Source: Octopus bimaculoides (Eukaryota). Taken from it: a DNA stretch of 64,000 nucleotides. Every line of letters starts with the position of its first letter. The stretch's first letter is position 1. Both the position numbers and the translations under genes were made by a program. Below are positions 11,397-23,340 of the stretch, in pieces. The notes beneath the pieces were generated by a model. It was not told the DNA's origin. It made no database searches and was given only the letters and a program-made list of their open reading frames with translations. The stretch is taken from positions 55,565,820 through 55,629,819 of the forward strand of contig NC_068989.1 in the NCBI RefSeq assembly GCF_001194135.2. The letters are read 5' to 3'.

Positions 11397-12727
11397 CGAA
11401 GGGCTTTAGCAAAAACCAAAGTCTTAGCAAGTAGGAAGGCTTACAAATCAAAACCCCTTCAAGTAGATGGCTCGCTCAATCTGTAGAAAAGGCATGCGTA
11501 GAAACTCCATACAAGATACCTGGTATAAGCTATGAGCACATAAAAGGTGCAGCAATATCAAAGGAAGGTTAAATGGGAAGATAGTTTTTGCGTGTGGCAA
11601 ATGCTCAGGGGCAATAAACAGTGAAGATGTACAGAAAACAGATTCCATCACATGCCAGGGGGAAAAACTAGTAGTAGTTAATAGCTTCCGCTACCTAGGT
11701 GACCAAGTTTGTAGTGGGGATGGTTGCTCTGGGAGTGAAGTGGCTAGAATAAGAATAACCTGGGCAAAATTCAGAGAGCTCCTACCGCTGCTAGAAACTA
11801 AAGGCCTCTCACTCAAGATGAAAGGTAGATTGTATGATGCATGTGCGCAAACTGCCAAGCTACACAGCAGTGAAACATGGGCCATGACTGCTGAGGACAT
11901 GCGTAGGCTTGAAAGAAATAAAGCTGGTATGATCCGCTGGATGTGTAATGTCAGTGTGCATACAAGGGACAGTGTAAGCACCATGAGAAACAAGTTGGAC
12001 ATAAGAAGCATTAAATGTGGTGTGCAAAGGAGATGACTGCGCTGGTATGGTCATGTGTTATGTATGTATGAGGACAACTGTGCGAGGAAGTACCACTCAC
12101 TAACTGCAGAAGGAACCTGTGGGAAGAGGTAGATGAGATGGTGAAGCATGACCTTCGAACATTGGGCCTCACAGAGGCAATGACAGGAGACCAAGACCTT
12201 TGGAAATATGCTGTGATTGAGAAAACCCAGCAACTAAAGTGAGATCACAGCCATGGCCGATGCCAGTGTTGCATACCCTTGATGCATTGGGTGATATGAT
12301 ATGCTTGGGAAGATCTGTTGAGTCAAGTGAAACCAAAATCACAGCTGTGGCCAGTGCCCCCTAACTGGCCCCTGTTCCGGTGGCACGTAAAAAGCATCAT
12401 CCGAACGTGGTCAATGCCAGTGTCCTCTGACTGGCTCCCTGTGCTGGTGGCACATAAAAAGTACCATCCGAATGTGGTTGATGCCAAGTCCGCCTCACTG
12501 GCTCCCATGCTGGTGGCATGTAAAAAGGACTATCTGAATGTGGCTGATGCCAGAACCACCTGACTGGTCCCCATGCTGGTGGCATGTAAGAAGCACCCAC
12601 TACACGCTCAGAGCTGTAGAAACACTGCCAGATTAGATAGGAGCCTGGTGCAGCCGCTGGCTCTTCAGACCTCAGTCAAACCATCCAACCCATGCCAGCA
12701 TGGAAACAGACATTAAATGATGGTGCT
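11397..12727 (+). mobile_element. 5'-truncated RTE-clade LINE (RT C-terminus, Cys-rich finger, 3' UTR and tail)
   Basis: Across frameshifts and stops it reads LAKTKVL..SICRKG..HKRC..CGKC..FRYLGDQV..ARIRITWAKFRELLPLL..ETWAMTAEDMRRLERN..MIRWMC..LRWYGHV; the 3' UTR ends CCATGCCAGCATGGAAACAGACATTAAATGATG. Confidence 0.9.
12365..12600 (+). repeat. 66-67-bp tandem repeat (4 units) in the RTE 3' UTR
   Basis: Units start at 12365, 12431, 12498 and 12564 (CTGGC..C..TGCTGGTGGCA.GTAAAAAG). Confidence 0.85.
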
Positions 12728-13870
12728 GATATGTATATACACACACACACGCACACACATATAATGCAAGTTTCTTGAAGGTAATTCGAATGAGACTGTA
12801 AACATGTCATGTCTTTGAGAGTAGTATGGAAATGAAAATGGAAACAGCAGTAGAAGAGAAGCAGTCTATAGTAAATTCATTTGGTGTGCATACATGCAGA
12901 GCAAATTTAATGCAAACTAGTTGAATAGACTTGAAACAAACTGATGTAAGCTAAAACATCTTTATTGCAATCTGCATTGTTGTCTCAGTAGAGCAATAAA
13001 AATGTTCGTATGATACTAATGGAGAAAGGAAAACTTGACAAGCAGGAACTAAATCAACCACCAAAGCTATTGAGCAAACCTATCATACATGGATGAGTTG
13101 CTTTCAAAAACTGAAGTTCTGACTATGCATGAATGCACACAAACACACACATAAATATATACGTACAGACACCAAAGAATAATAATATAAAACAAACACA
13201 TATAACCTCACTTATATGTTGACTGAAGTAGAAAGCCAATGATACAGACAAAATGTTAGTGGCTTGGCAAGCAAATAACTAAATTAGAATAAAATGAAAT
13301 ATGTATATAGAAACCAGTCAAAGGTGAGAACAAGAGAATTGAAGCTGGTATGTTTGTGTGATAAAGAAATTTTATGAAAACTGAGGTTATAGAATACTAT
13401 AAAACACTAACTTGTCAAGTAATTTATTTCACTCAAAACTAAAGATACCATCATTAAATAACAATAGCTCAAACTGCTCGACCGAATTACTATGGCTAAA
13501 ACAAACTACGGTCATTGATGTTGCTGCTGCAGCTGTTGATGTTGTTGTCGTCATTGCCATTGCTTTTGTTATTCAGTCAATCATCTTCCAACTAAGGAAT
13601 GAGAAAACTTTGTTTATGAGGGAAATGGTTCAAATTTAAGTTTAAATTGATACACATACACATACTCAGGTACATATAGAGGGTATGAATGGAAAAAGTC
13701 ATTGTAAACTGATTGTGATTGTTAATGAGCTTCAGCCAGAGAGCTTAATGCGTATCTAAATTAACTCAGTAACTGTACAAATTATGAGTCATTTAACAGG
13801 TTTACAATCACATCCGAAACAAAATAACAACAACAATAAAATAATAATAATAATAATACTAATAATACTA

Positions 13871-13904
<34 letters not shown>

Positions 13905-13905
<1 letters not shown>

Positions 13906-14104
13906 GGCGGCAAACTGGCAGAATTGTCAGCACACTGGGCAAAATGCTTAGCAGTATGTCATCTGTCTTCACATTCTGAGTTCAAATTCCACCGTGGTCA
14001 ACTTTGCTAGGGTTGATAAAATAAGTATCAGTTGAGTACTAGGGTCAATATAATCGACTATCCCTTCCACTAAAATTTCAGGCCTTGTGCCTGTAGTAGA
14101 AAGG
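13905..14104 (+). mobile_element. SINE family C with tail type b, flanked by (ATT)n
   Basis: GGCGGCAAACTGGCAGAATTG head; tail ATTTCAGGCCTTGTGCCTGTAGTAGAAAGG then (ATT)n. Confidence 0.85.
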
Positions 14105-14137
<33 letters not shown>

Positions 14138-14138
14138 T

Positions 14139-14261
14139 TCAAATTCCACCGAGGTCAACTTCACTTTTCATCATTTCAGGGTCAATAGAAAGATCTGGGG
14201 ATCAATGTAATTGATTTAACCCTTTCCCCCAAATTGCTGGCCTTGTGCCATAATTTGAAAC

Positions 14262-14262
<1 letters not shown>
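14139..14262 (+). mobile_element. 5'-truncated SINE family C with tail type a, followed by (ATT)n
   Basis: CAAATTCCACCGAGGTCAACTT...AAATTGCTGGCCTTGTGCCATAATTTGAAACC then (ATT)n to about 14320. Confidence 0.8.
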
Positions 14263-14312
<50 letters not shown>

Positions 14313-14799
14313 CATTATTATATTGGGATATTTAGGAAGGTTCTTGTCATCTAATGTTACATGTTGTAGCTCAATGTTAGGAATTTCCTTTTTTCTTTCC
14401 CAACAGTTTAATCTGTTATGTGCACATGAAACAACAACAATAATACACCAGTATTACAAGATTGTATGTTTTATTTTAGTTCATGCCAGCTATAAATAAC
14501 CTATTATATAGTATGTTGTTTAGGTAAATTGGTTTATATAAATTCACATTGTGACTATGCATTATCATGCTTTGAAAACAAGTTTAAGTCATACAAGAAT
14601 GAATCAGTAACAATAAACACTATAGCTATTCAGTACATTATGCCTACTCATATGTAAAAATCCAGATGACCTTTTATACATGTATGTAGTACATCTTTAC
14701 AACTGTTGGTTTACAGAGGTCATAAAAGAAGTCACGGTGGCCTAATGGATAATGTCTTTATTAGTGAATTGTTTCATAGTTCATAAATTGCTTACTCAC

Positions 14800-14852
14800 A
14801 CACATTTTGCGCTGTATCTTTAGTCAAGGCATCAAGATTGTTATGCTTCACT
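14800..14852 (-). CDS. candidate 53-nt exon (VKHNNLDALTKDTAQNV)
   Basis: Acceptor gtttgttgtttattag, consensus donor gtgagtaa, only one open frame. Confidence 0.3.
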
Positions 14853-15431
14853 CTAATAAACAACAAACTATGCTCCAAGAGGGTGTCACAGTGACAGGCC
14901 CATTGCCAGACTTTGGTGCCCTGGGGTTGCTTCAGAATATTCTGGGAGGGCACTAATTTGTGTTGCAGGAAGATTTTTGCAAACTGTATTTTCTAAATCT
15001 GCAGTTGCACCATTGAACAGTGAGGGGGCAATACTGTCTCTTAGTGTCAGGCATGTTAATCGGACTTAAAGAAATGTATTGCAGGAATGTTTTTGCAAGC
15101 TGTATTTTCTAAATCTGAGGGTGCAACAATAAATAGTGTGGAGGCAGTGCTGTCCAGTGCTCCCCGCAGCAACAGGCATGAATAGTGGCACATCTAAAAC
15201 TTAAATTTTTTTTTTTAAGCTATGGAATTTTGTCAAAGCTGTTTAACCCTTGGCTCTCCAGTAAAAACCCTAAAGTAAAAATCTGGAAGTGGTGCTCAAG
15301 ATATGTAAGAAAGTTTGGTGGACAGATTGACCTAGAATAATTATCTCTGATTTATATTTCAAACTGATTTGTGAACTACAAGACTGCACCAAAATATGAA
15401 CAACTTACATCATTATTGTGTTTTTAGCCAA

Positions 15432-15633
15432 CCATTTAACATTAAGATTATTCTGTCAAACATAATGCTTAGTCACACTGCTTCAAAGTAATCATGCATT
15501 CTCTCGTAGTTTCAAGATTTCAATGATGTGAAACGACATTCTAGGGTCAGTGTGAGAGGCTGGATCTGGCCAGTTTGAACATAAAATGTGTAGAATATTT
15601 GGGCATGAGATGGCTGGTTTAAATGCAATAGGT
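15432..15633. mobile_element. diverged copy of the piggyBac-type MITE
   Basis: Internal sequence matches 2388-2610; termini decayed. Confidence 0.7.
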
Positions 15634-16518
15634 TTAAATAAAAATCAGTCCACTTTCAGGATTAAAAACAACAAAATAGTTATAGCTGATACAAATTCAG
15701 AAAGCTAGTTTGGAAAACTCTAAAAAGAAACTGTTTCAAACTGTCAAGAGTGATTTTAAGAGAGCTCCTATATGACTCTGCTTACATTTTTATTGATGCT
15801 GTAACCATGACTCTCGGTTAAAGCATTAAGTTTAAGGAGTAGTAACTTTATAAATAGTTAACAAGTCTGGAATATAAATTAAACTGGGTCACAAAAAGCC
15901 CTATAACAATTAGCATTGTCTGCACTTTACATATGTATATTTATATTTCTAACTACTTAGTGGTATTGGCTTTGAATTTAATATTCCATAAAACTGGACA
16001 CTATAACTCAAGATTTTCAAACGAGTGGAAAGCAGACATGTACAATAATAAAATTATAGGTAAAGATAAATCTTATAACTAAACAAGCTTAGTAAAAGAG
16101 CCCCATAAGGCAAACAATCATTTTATTTCACACAGGATAAGATACAAATTATTATTATTGATTTTTTTGCAATGGGTTTTATAGTTCTAAAAATCTTTGT
16201 TCTTCAGTTGCCATTATACTGACATAGGCAAGATGGGTCAGCAAATCTCAACTATCAGTAGAACAGTAAAAATCAATATTTCACAGCTGGATATACTTTT
16301 GTAAGCATTTAACCATGAAACAACAGAGATATGTATGGTTTTATCAATCTGGCTCAGAGAAGTTGAACTTAATCCTACAACAGCATTTGAAATCATAACA
16401 TTTAGTTCTGTAGTTCAGCATTTTAATTACTCTTGTCTTTACATAATATTTTAAAACAAACATAAAGGAATGCATAAAGAATGAGCAACATGTGATGTTA
16501 CATGATGTGACATAACAC

Positions 16519-16770
16519 ATAACCGACCAAGCTATCAGACGTTATTACACATCGCTGATCACAATGCACTTTTGCATTGTTTTAGCCTTCAAATGATGCC
16601 ACCTTACGGGCTAGGTGAGCAGGCCAACATTCCCGCCAATCGAAGGTGGGCTGGAGCAATGTGAAATGAAGTGTTTTGTTCAACAACACAACATGCTACC
16701 CAGTCAAAGAATCAAACCCACGATCTAGTGATCATGAGTGCAACAGCCTAACCACTAGGCCATGCACCTT
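16519..16770 (-). mobile_element. SINE family A (CORE-type)
   Basis: Reverse complement has head GGTGCATGGCCTAGTGGTTAGGCTGTTGCACTCATGATC and a core like 8604-8840. Confidence 0.75.
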
Positions 16771-16781
16771 CAAGAGCTCAC

Positions 16782-16890
16782 TCAATGGAGAAGGGATCAG
16801 GCCATTGCTGAGTGGTAGTTCATTATCTGGTTCGAATTGTGCGGTGCATGTCAAGTGCCTCGACAGGTGCTGACACAGCCAACGCGGGAC
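16782..16890 (-). CDS. candidate GC/CpG-rich exon (VPRWLCQHLSRHLTCTAQFEPDNELPLSNGLIPSPL)
   Basis: 109 nt between acttag and gtgagc, one open frame, GC visibly above the flanks; no homology recognised. Confidence 0.28.
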
Positions 16891-17479
16891 CTAAGTTTCA
16901 CAAACCACACTTTATGTTAACTCTATATAACCTGTTACCTTTACCTTTGATTATTACAATTACCTTATACTAATTTCATAAAGCCAGCCTTATATTCTCA
17001 TCAAGTAGCAAATCATTTATTTCACACAAGTCCTTAATAATGTAGCTTAGATTTAGCTAGTAGTAACGAATGTGGACACTTAACATGCAACTAATGTAAC
17101 CTGCAGATTGTTGCTGTCATTGTTGAATAACTTCTGTCTCCTATGTCCTGGCACAATGATATGCCCCACGTGTTTATCATTCCAGGAATGCTAAGTATTA
17201 TTATGATCTGAGACCACAATATATATATATATAATCTGTGACACAGTGTTTAGATGTGTGTGTTAATGCAGAAGCAGTTTGTTGCTGAAAATATTCTGAT
17301 GGCAATTTCAGAGTAGGCAAGTAAAAGCGTATTTTGTCATCATTTAGTAGCCTCAATTCCTCAATGTTTTTTTACAGGGGGGTTGCTACCCGTTATTTAA
17401 AGTGTTAAGTGCTGTCCTAGTGTTTTCCAGTGAGTAAAGAAATAGGAAAGAAATAAAAGCCACTTAATAACATGATTAT

Positions 17480-17862
17480 GCAGTCAGATGCTTGCTTCCT
17501 AACCACATGGTTCCAGGTTCAATCCCACTGCATAGCACCAAAGTTAACTGTCTTCTACTATAGCCTCAGGCCAAACCAAAGCCTCATGAATGAATTTGGT
17601 AGGTAGAAACTGAAAGAAGCCTGCCATATGTGTGTATGCATGTCTTTGTACTTATGTTTGTCCCCCTTCCACCGCTAATCAACCTGTGTTGGTTTGTTTA
17701 CATTCCTGTAACTTAGAAGTTCAGCAAAAAGTGTCCAATAGAAAAAGTAACAGGCTTAAAAAGTATAAGTACTAGGATCGATTTGTTTGACTAAAACCTT
17801 CAAGGTGGTGATCCCAGCATGGCTGCAGTTCAATGACTGAAACAAGCAAAAGATAAAAAGAC
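17480..17862 (+). mobile_element. SINE family B (tRNA head, CORE-like segment, internal microsatellite, tail)
   Basis: GCTTGCTTCCTAACCACATGGTTCCAGGTTC..TCTTCTACTATAGCCTCAGGCC..GAAAGAAGCC..CAGCATGGCTGCAGTTCAATGACTGAAACAAG. Confidence 0.85.
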
Positions 17863-18402
17863 ATCCAATATCTTGGTGTAAGCAAACACTAATGCTGAAC
17901 TGAAGAATTTGATATGAAATAAACTGTAAAGAAAATTAACAGCTTCATGATTCACAACAAGAATGTGCAGGCTACAGTATTAAATTCAATCAATAAACTA
18001 AAAAAATCATAAAATTATAGTAATCATTATCTATGGTTACATCAACTAAAAAGTAGCACTTTTTTTTTTTTTATAAATATCTAAGTTACTAATAAGCTAC
18101 CAAAAGTTTTGATAGAAACTGTAGCTTATTCTGGAAGCAGACAAGATATCCTTATATTATATGAGGGTGTTATAGTCATGTGGCCTCTAATCCATGTATG
18201 TCATGTGCAGCTGTTGCTACCTATGTAAAGCTTGAGGCTGTTTATGCATTCAATAAACTACACCATAAGTAAACAACTGAAGCATTTGTAAGCATTTCCA
18301 ATCAGGCCATTTTCCAGTATACCTTATTCTGTTAAAATCAGAAGTCCAGTGCTTTTGGACAGGTAAATTTTTTGAGCAGGTCCTAAATGGGTTAAATTTT
18401 CC

Positions 18403-18819
18403 TTTTATCTTTTTTTTACTTTAGTCATTAGATTGTAGCCATGCAGGGACACTGCCTTGAAGAATTTTTAGTTGAATTAATCAACCCCAGTGCCGATTAT
18501 TGTTTTTTAACTCCGGAGTTTATTCTATCAGTCTCTTTTGCTGAACTGTTAAGTTATAGGGACATAAACACATTAATACCAGTTGTCAAGCTGTGGTGGG
18601 AGACAAACACAGACACAAAGACACAAACACACACACACAGGCGTGTGTGTGCACAGGTACACAACAGGCCTCTTTCAGTTTCCATCAACCAAATCTATCA
18701 CAAGGCTTTGGTTGGCCCAAAGCTATATTAGAAGACACTTTCCCAAGGTGGTCTGCAGTAGAACTGAACCCAGAACCATGCGGCTGGGAAGCAAACTACT
18801 TACCACACAGCCATGCCTA
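18403..18819 (-). mobile_element. SINE family B
   Basis: Reverse-complement homologue of 48897-49300. Confidence 0.85.
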
Positions 18820-19257
18820 CCCCTAAAACTGTGTAGTTACATATCATCAAGTAACTATAGTGATGAATTTTTTTTCAATGGGATGTGTATTATTGAGATA
18901 GTGTAAAGAATGGTCACTAAATATGATATAGACAGGTGACACAGAAGCAATATGAAGAGCTGAACATCATTATACTAACACAGACAGTTCCACAAATAAT
19001 GGTAAGCATCAGTAAAAACAGAAATGAAAGAACTGCTTCATTACAATGATGAGACAATTATGTTCCTTTTTTCATCAATATAACCTGCAACTCATGTTGT
19101 TTTACAGTCAGTCAGTCAGTACTTTGCAAACACTTCTTCAAGACAAAGTGTTTTCTTATAATACCAATAAAACATTTTAATATCTAAAGTGTTAAGACAG
19201 AGTAAGATAGTGCTTGAATCATGACAGTATGTTACAAGTAGGAGGCCTCTTTATAAG

Positions 19258-19475
19258 TCATCATCATCATCATTGTTTTAACATCCACTTTTCCATGCTT
19301 GCATGGGCCAGATGCAATTTGTTGGGGAGGATTTTCTATGGGTCGGATGCTCTTCCTGCTGCCAACCCTCATCTGTTACCAGGGTAATATTTTTCCATGA
19401 CCAGACATGTTTTACATGGAAGACTGAAAATGAAGGACACCACTTACATGAAAGTGACACTCGTTTACAACTATC
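19258..19475 (-). mobile_element. RTE-associated 3' tail element
   Basis: (CAT)n followed by TTTAACATCCACTTTTCCATGCTTGCATGGG, the reverse complement of the shared tail. Confidence 0.65.
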
Positions 19476-19504
19476 ATAGGTCAAAGCAAGGAGAAAGTAA
19501 CACA

Positions 19505-19690
19505 CACACACACACACACACATACATAACAGGCTTCTTTCAGTTTCTGTTAACCAAATCCACTTGCAAGGCTTTTGTTGGTCTGGGGCTGTAGTAGAAG
19601 ATAACTGCCCAAGATGTCACGCATTGGGACTGAAGCCAGAACCATGTGGTCGGGAAGCAAAATTCTTACCACACAGCCACGCTTGCACCT
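19505..19690 (-). mobile_element. SINE family B, 5' half
   Basis: GGCTTCTTTCAGTTTCTG..GTAGTAGAAGA..AACCATGTGGTCGGGAAGC..CCACACAGCCACGC. Confidence 0.8.
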
Positions 19691-19759
19691 ATAATTATTT
19701 GAGACTATGATTTATGAAATGTCAACTAGATATTTCTTGACATCTAGATAAGGAGCTTC

Positions 19760-20400
19760 CTTACCAGGATCAGTAAAGCCTTTCAAGCATTAATAAATAC
19801 CAGCTATATTCTGGGGTCTTTTGAGTATTTCCTTAAAGAGATTGTTTTGTGGCAAAGAAAGACATTTTCGTTTTAGTCGAGAATTTTTACATGAGGTTTC
19901 ACTGAGGCTCTTTGGCTATCATTATAGATTAGATCTGTTAGTTATCAAGGAAAGATACTTGCAGGAATGCTGACGTAAGCCAATGGCCTCTGTTATCATT
20001 GTCAACTACAACTTATTCTATCAATTTGGTTCTTGATTCTGACACTTCACATGATTGAATATTAGGGATCACAACGAAAACCAAATCAAATGCATCACTG
20101 ATACAATATATCCTCAACAATTCTATTCAAAATAAGAAGAAGCTTGTTCCACTGTGTGCATATATCCCATATCAAATTACAAGTTTAGACTTAACAGTGC
20201 TCTCAAAGCAAGCATAGGATAAAGCCTGGAGTGCTGAGATGAATGAATAGCTAAAATCTACTGGTGGGTGTAGCTGTACACCACCACAACGCCAGTTGCT
20301 GAAATATCAAAGGTTTTGAGAGAAACTGTTGTGTAGACAGAGAGAAAAGACCAAAGTTCTAGTGCTGGATCAAATATCTGAATTATAGTCTTCAATAGCA
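19760..20400 (-). mobile_element. heavily decayed LINE fragments (endonuclease- and RT-like remnants)
   Basis: Reverse-complement remnants LVFINA*KAFTD (like FxDLEKAFD) and ATGVVVVYSYTP (like VVVYAPT). Confidence 0.35.
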
Positions 20401-20630
20401 TGTAGACTTTATATTTCATCATGAAAGTATTAAAGTCATGTCAATTAGCATCTCACACATTTATAAACTGTGCATTTGTTTATGAAAAAGGAAAAACCTA
20501 AACCAATGAAAACTAGGATTGTTTAATATAGTGTTTCAAACTAATGGCTCTCTCCTTTGGCAGTTTGTAGGTTAAGGTCAAGTGTTAGTGACTCGGTGGA
20601 AAATTAACTTACTTAATGTAATGCACACAC

Positions 20631-20673
<43 letters not shown>

Positions 20674-20675
20674 GA

Positions 20676-20712
<37 letters not shown>

Positions 20713-21089
20713 NNNNNNNNNNNNNTATATATATATATATATATGCAGATTAGCAACTTTTGATGCTATTTACTGGAGTTGTGTAGTGCCAGTCTATCTT
20801 ATCGGAATTTCTAATTGAATATCATGCAAAATGCATTGCCTATGCTGAATAATAAACTTTATTCATTGACCATCATCTACTTTGTGTTATCTATACAAAC
20901 CATGTTCATGCTCTGAACCTAACTAACTGTCTATACCATGATCATTTTGATTCTCACTACTTTACTAGAAACATATATGATATTGTATTTCTTAAGAAAA
21001 GATAACAGCTCAAAGTTTTGATTCAAGGCCAGCAAACATTAAGAATGAGTGAGATTTTTCTGGTAGTGGTAGAGATAGAGGTCTTTAAT

Positions 21090-21560
21090 GAAAATGACAA
21101 TGCTGGCCTTGGATTTGTGTCAACCCAAAGATACAGTCATCCCTCCACCCATCTTTTCCACTGTTCTTGGGAGGGTCACAGGAGTAGAGTCTTCAGGCAT
21201 TTCTTCCATATGGTCCTATCAGAAGCAACTGCCATTACACTTTCCAGCTGAATCCCAAGCATGACCAACTGAAACTAGTGATATTATCCAACCATCCTGT
21301 TCTTGGTCTCTCCCAAGATTTCCTGCAGGTTGGCTCAACTTGAAGAATCCGTCTTGTGATTCTTTCCTACGACATTTTAATCACATGTCTGCATAGTATC
21401 AGAGCTATGACCTCTCAATGTGGAGAGGTTGTGACTTGACCTGGAGAGATTCCCTGACCTCTGAGTTATGTAACCTGTTGAGTAACATTGCTCCAGAAAC
21501 CTTCAGAGGAACCCCATTTTGGTCAGTTGTATTCACAACTGCACTCTTTCAGTCATTATC
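21090..21560 (-). mobile_element. 3' end of an Expander/Rex3-like RTE LINE
   Basis: Reverse complement reads LQVKSQPLHIERS*L*YY.HV..GRPRTGWLDNI..WSCLG; homologous to 61215-61540. Confidence 0.7.
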
Positions 21561-23002
21561 CAGCATTTAAAACTAGAGACCTAAGATACAGCATGTGATA
21601 TTATCAAAAGCCATGCTTGTGTGTAGATAACATGGAAATCAAGCACTCAATAACAATATTTTGAAAAATCTTTGTAATGATAGTAAACAAGTATGCAAGA
21701 CTAGAGTAAAATAAGTCCAAAAAGCAGCAATTTCAAATCTACTTTTCTAACTCTGATTCTATAAGGCTTTGACATTCCTGTACAGTTCTACAATAACAGA
21801 GAACCAATTGTAGACATGCTTTTGACTATTCAACTATTCAGTTTCAAAGACAATTCATAGCCAAAGATTATGTCAGCATATAAGATTTGTTCAAACAATA
21901 AAAACTATTGTTACAGATTATTAAATTATTAGGAAACGTTGGCAGAAACAGAAGAGTGGCAGATTGAATGTTTTGTGAGAATTTAAATATGTATCTTAAT
22001 GCACTCAGTTCAAACCTTGCTAAGGTTGACTTATTCCCCATGAGTGAGAAAAACAGGTATCAGTCAATTACTGAGCGTGGATTAACTAACTGTCACCACT
22101 CCCAAAATATCTGGTCCAATGTCATTATTGAAAAACCAGACTCAACCCAACACAAATTCTCATCTACAATCAATCATTAATTTACAAAATTTGCTCATTA
22201 TTCAATCTTGTATATCTTCACTGAAACGGTTGCCACACTTTCATACAGCATACATTAGACCCTCAGTTCTTTTGTTATTGTTTTATCTCCCTTTAATTCC
22301 AACTACACACTTGCTTCAGCCAGATCTATCTTCCCTCCCTGCATCTCATGTCTTGTTAAATCTAATTATAACACACACACACACATGCACAATCTCTGTG
22401 ACTGCTATTAATTCGAGTTCCCATAATAGAGCAAGGCTGAAGAAATACACTTCATCTCAACAAAATTGTCAAATTCAAGTTTATCATATAGACAATTGAG
22501 AATAGACATGCAAAAGAAAAAAAAAGAAAGAAAAATGAGCAACATAGTTCCTGAAATACCAATGTTAAGACAAAACTACAATAAAAACTCAAGAGGAATG
22601 TAAACAGATTCCTGTCTACTTTGCAGCTGCAATATTACTTTGCATTTTGCTAGCAGTTATTTAGTTAAGGACTATTTAAGAGTCATGAAAAAAGACCCAC
22701 ATCCTCCAGTATCAGTGACTCACAATTATAGCTTGATACCCGGAAACAATAATGAATCTTCAAAGAGATTATATCTATGGAGATACAGAGATAGAAACGC
22801 AAACAATAAACAATAAGCAACTAGTTGAAGTGATGTTACAAAGTAGAAACATGTTTATGGTTTTATCCATTTATTTTTTAAAGGCAATTTTGTCAATAAT
22901 TTCTGAAGTTATATTAAAAATATTAACAAAAACTGAAGCTATTTAATAAATTTAAGTTTCTCCAAATGCAAAGGTTTACTTTGAAACTTCTCAAAATTAA
23001 CT

Positions 23003-23340
23003 TAAGAAGTTTGCTTCCCAACCGCATGGTTCTGGGTTCACTCCCACTGTGTGGCAGCTTGGGCAAGCATCTTCTATTATAGCCTTGGGTCAGCCAAAAC
23101 CTTGTGAGAGGATTTGGCAGAAAGAAGCCCATTGTGTGTGTGTGTGTATACCACTGCCTCTTGACAACCTGTGTTGGTGTGTTTATGTCCCCATAGTTTA
23201 ATGCTTTGGCAAAAGAGATGGATAGAATATGTACCGGGTTAAAAAGATAATGAGTACTAGAGTCAATTAGTTCACCTAAAATTCCTCAAGGTGGTGCCCC
23301 AGCATGGCCACAGTCTAATGACTGAAACAAGTAAAAGATA
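23003..23340 (+). mobile_element. SINE family B
   Basis: GTTTGCTTCCCAACCGCATGGTTCTGGGTTCACTCCCACTG...GGTGCCCCAGCATGGCCACAGTCTAATGACTGAAACAAGTAAAAG. Confidence 0.85.

Noticed and set aside
15786-15866. Minus exon candidate between ttccag and gtaagc
   Set aside because: All three frames are closed from the best acceptor; only a weaker internal acceptor gives an open frame.
22190-22440. Possible RTE C-terminal remnant on the minus strand
   Set aside because: Only a vague MLYES-like match; too decayed to call.
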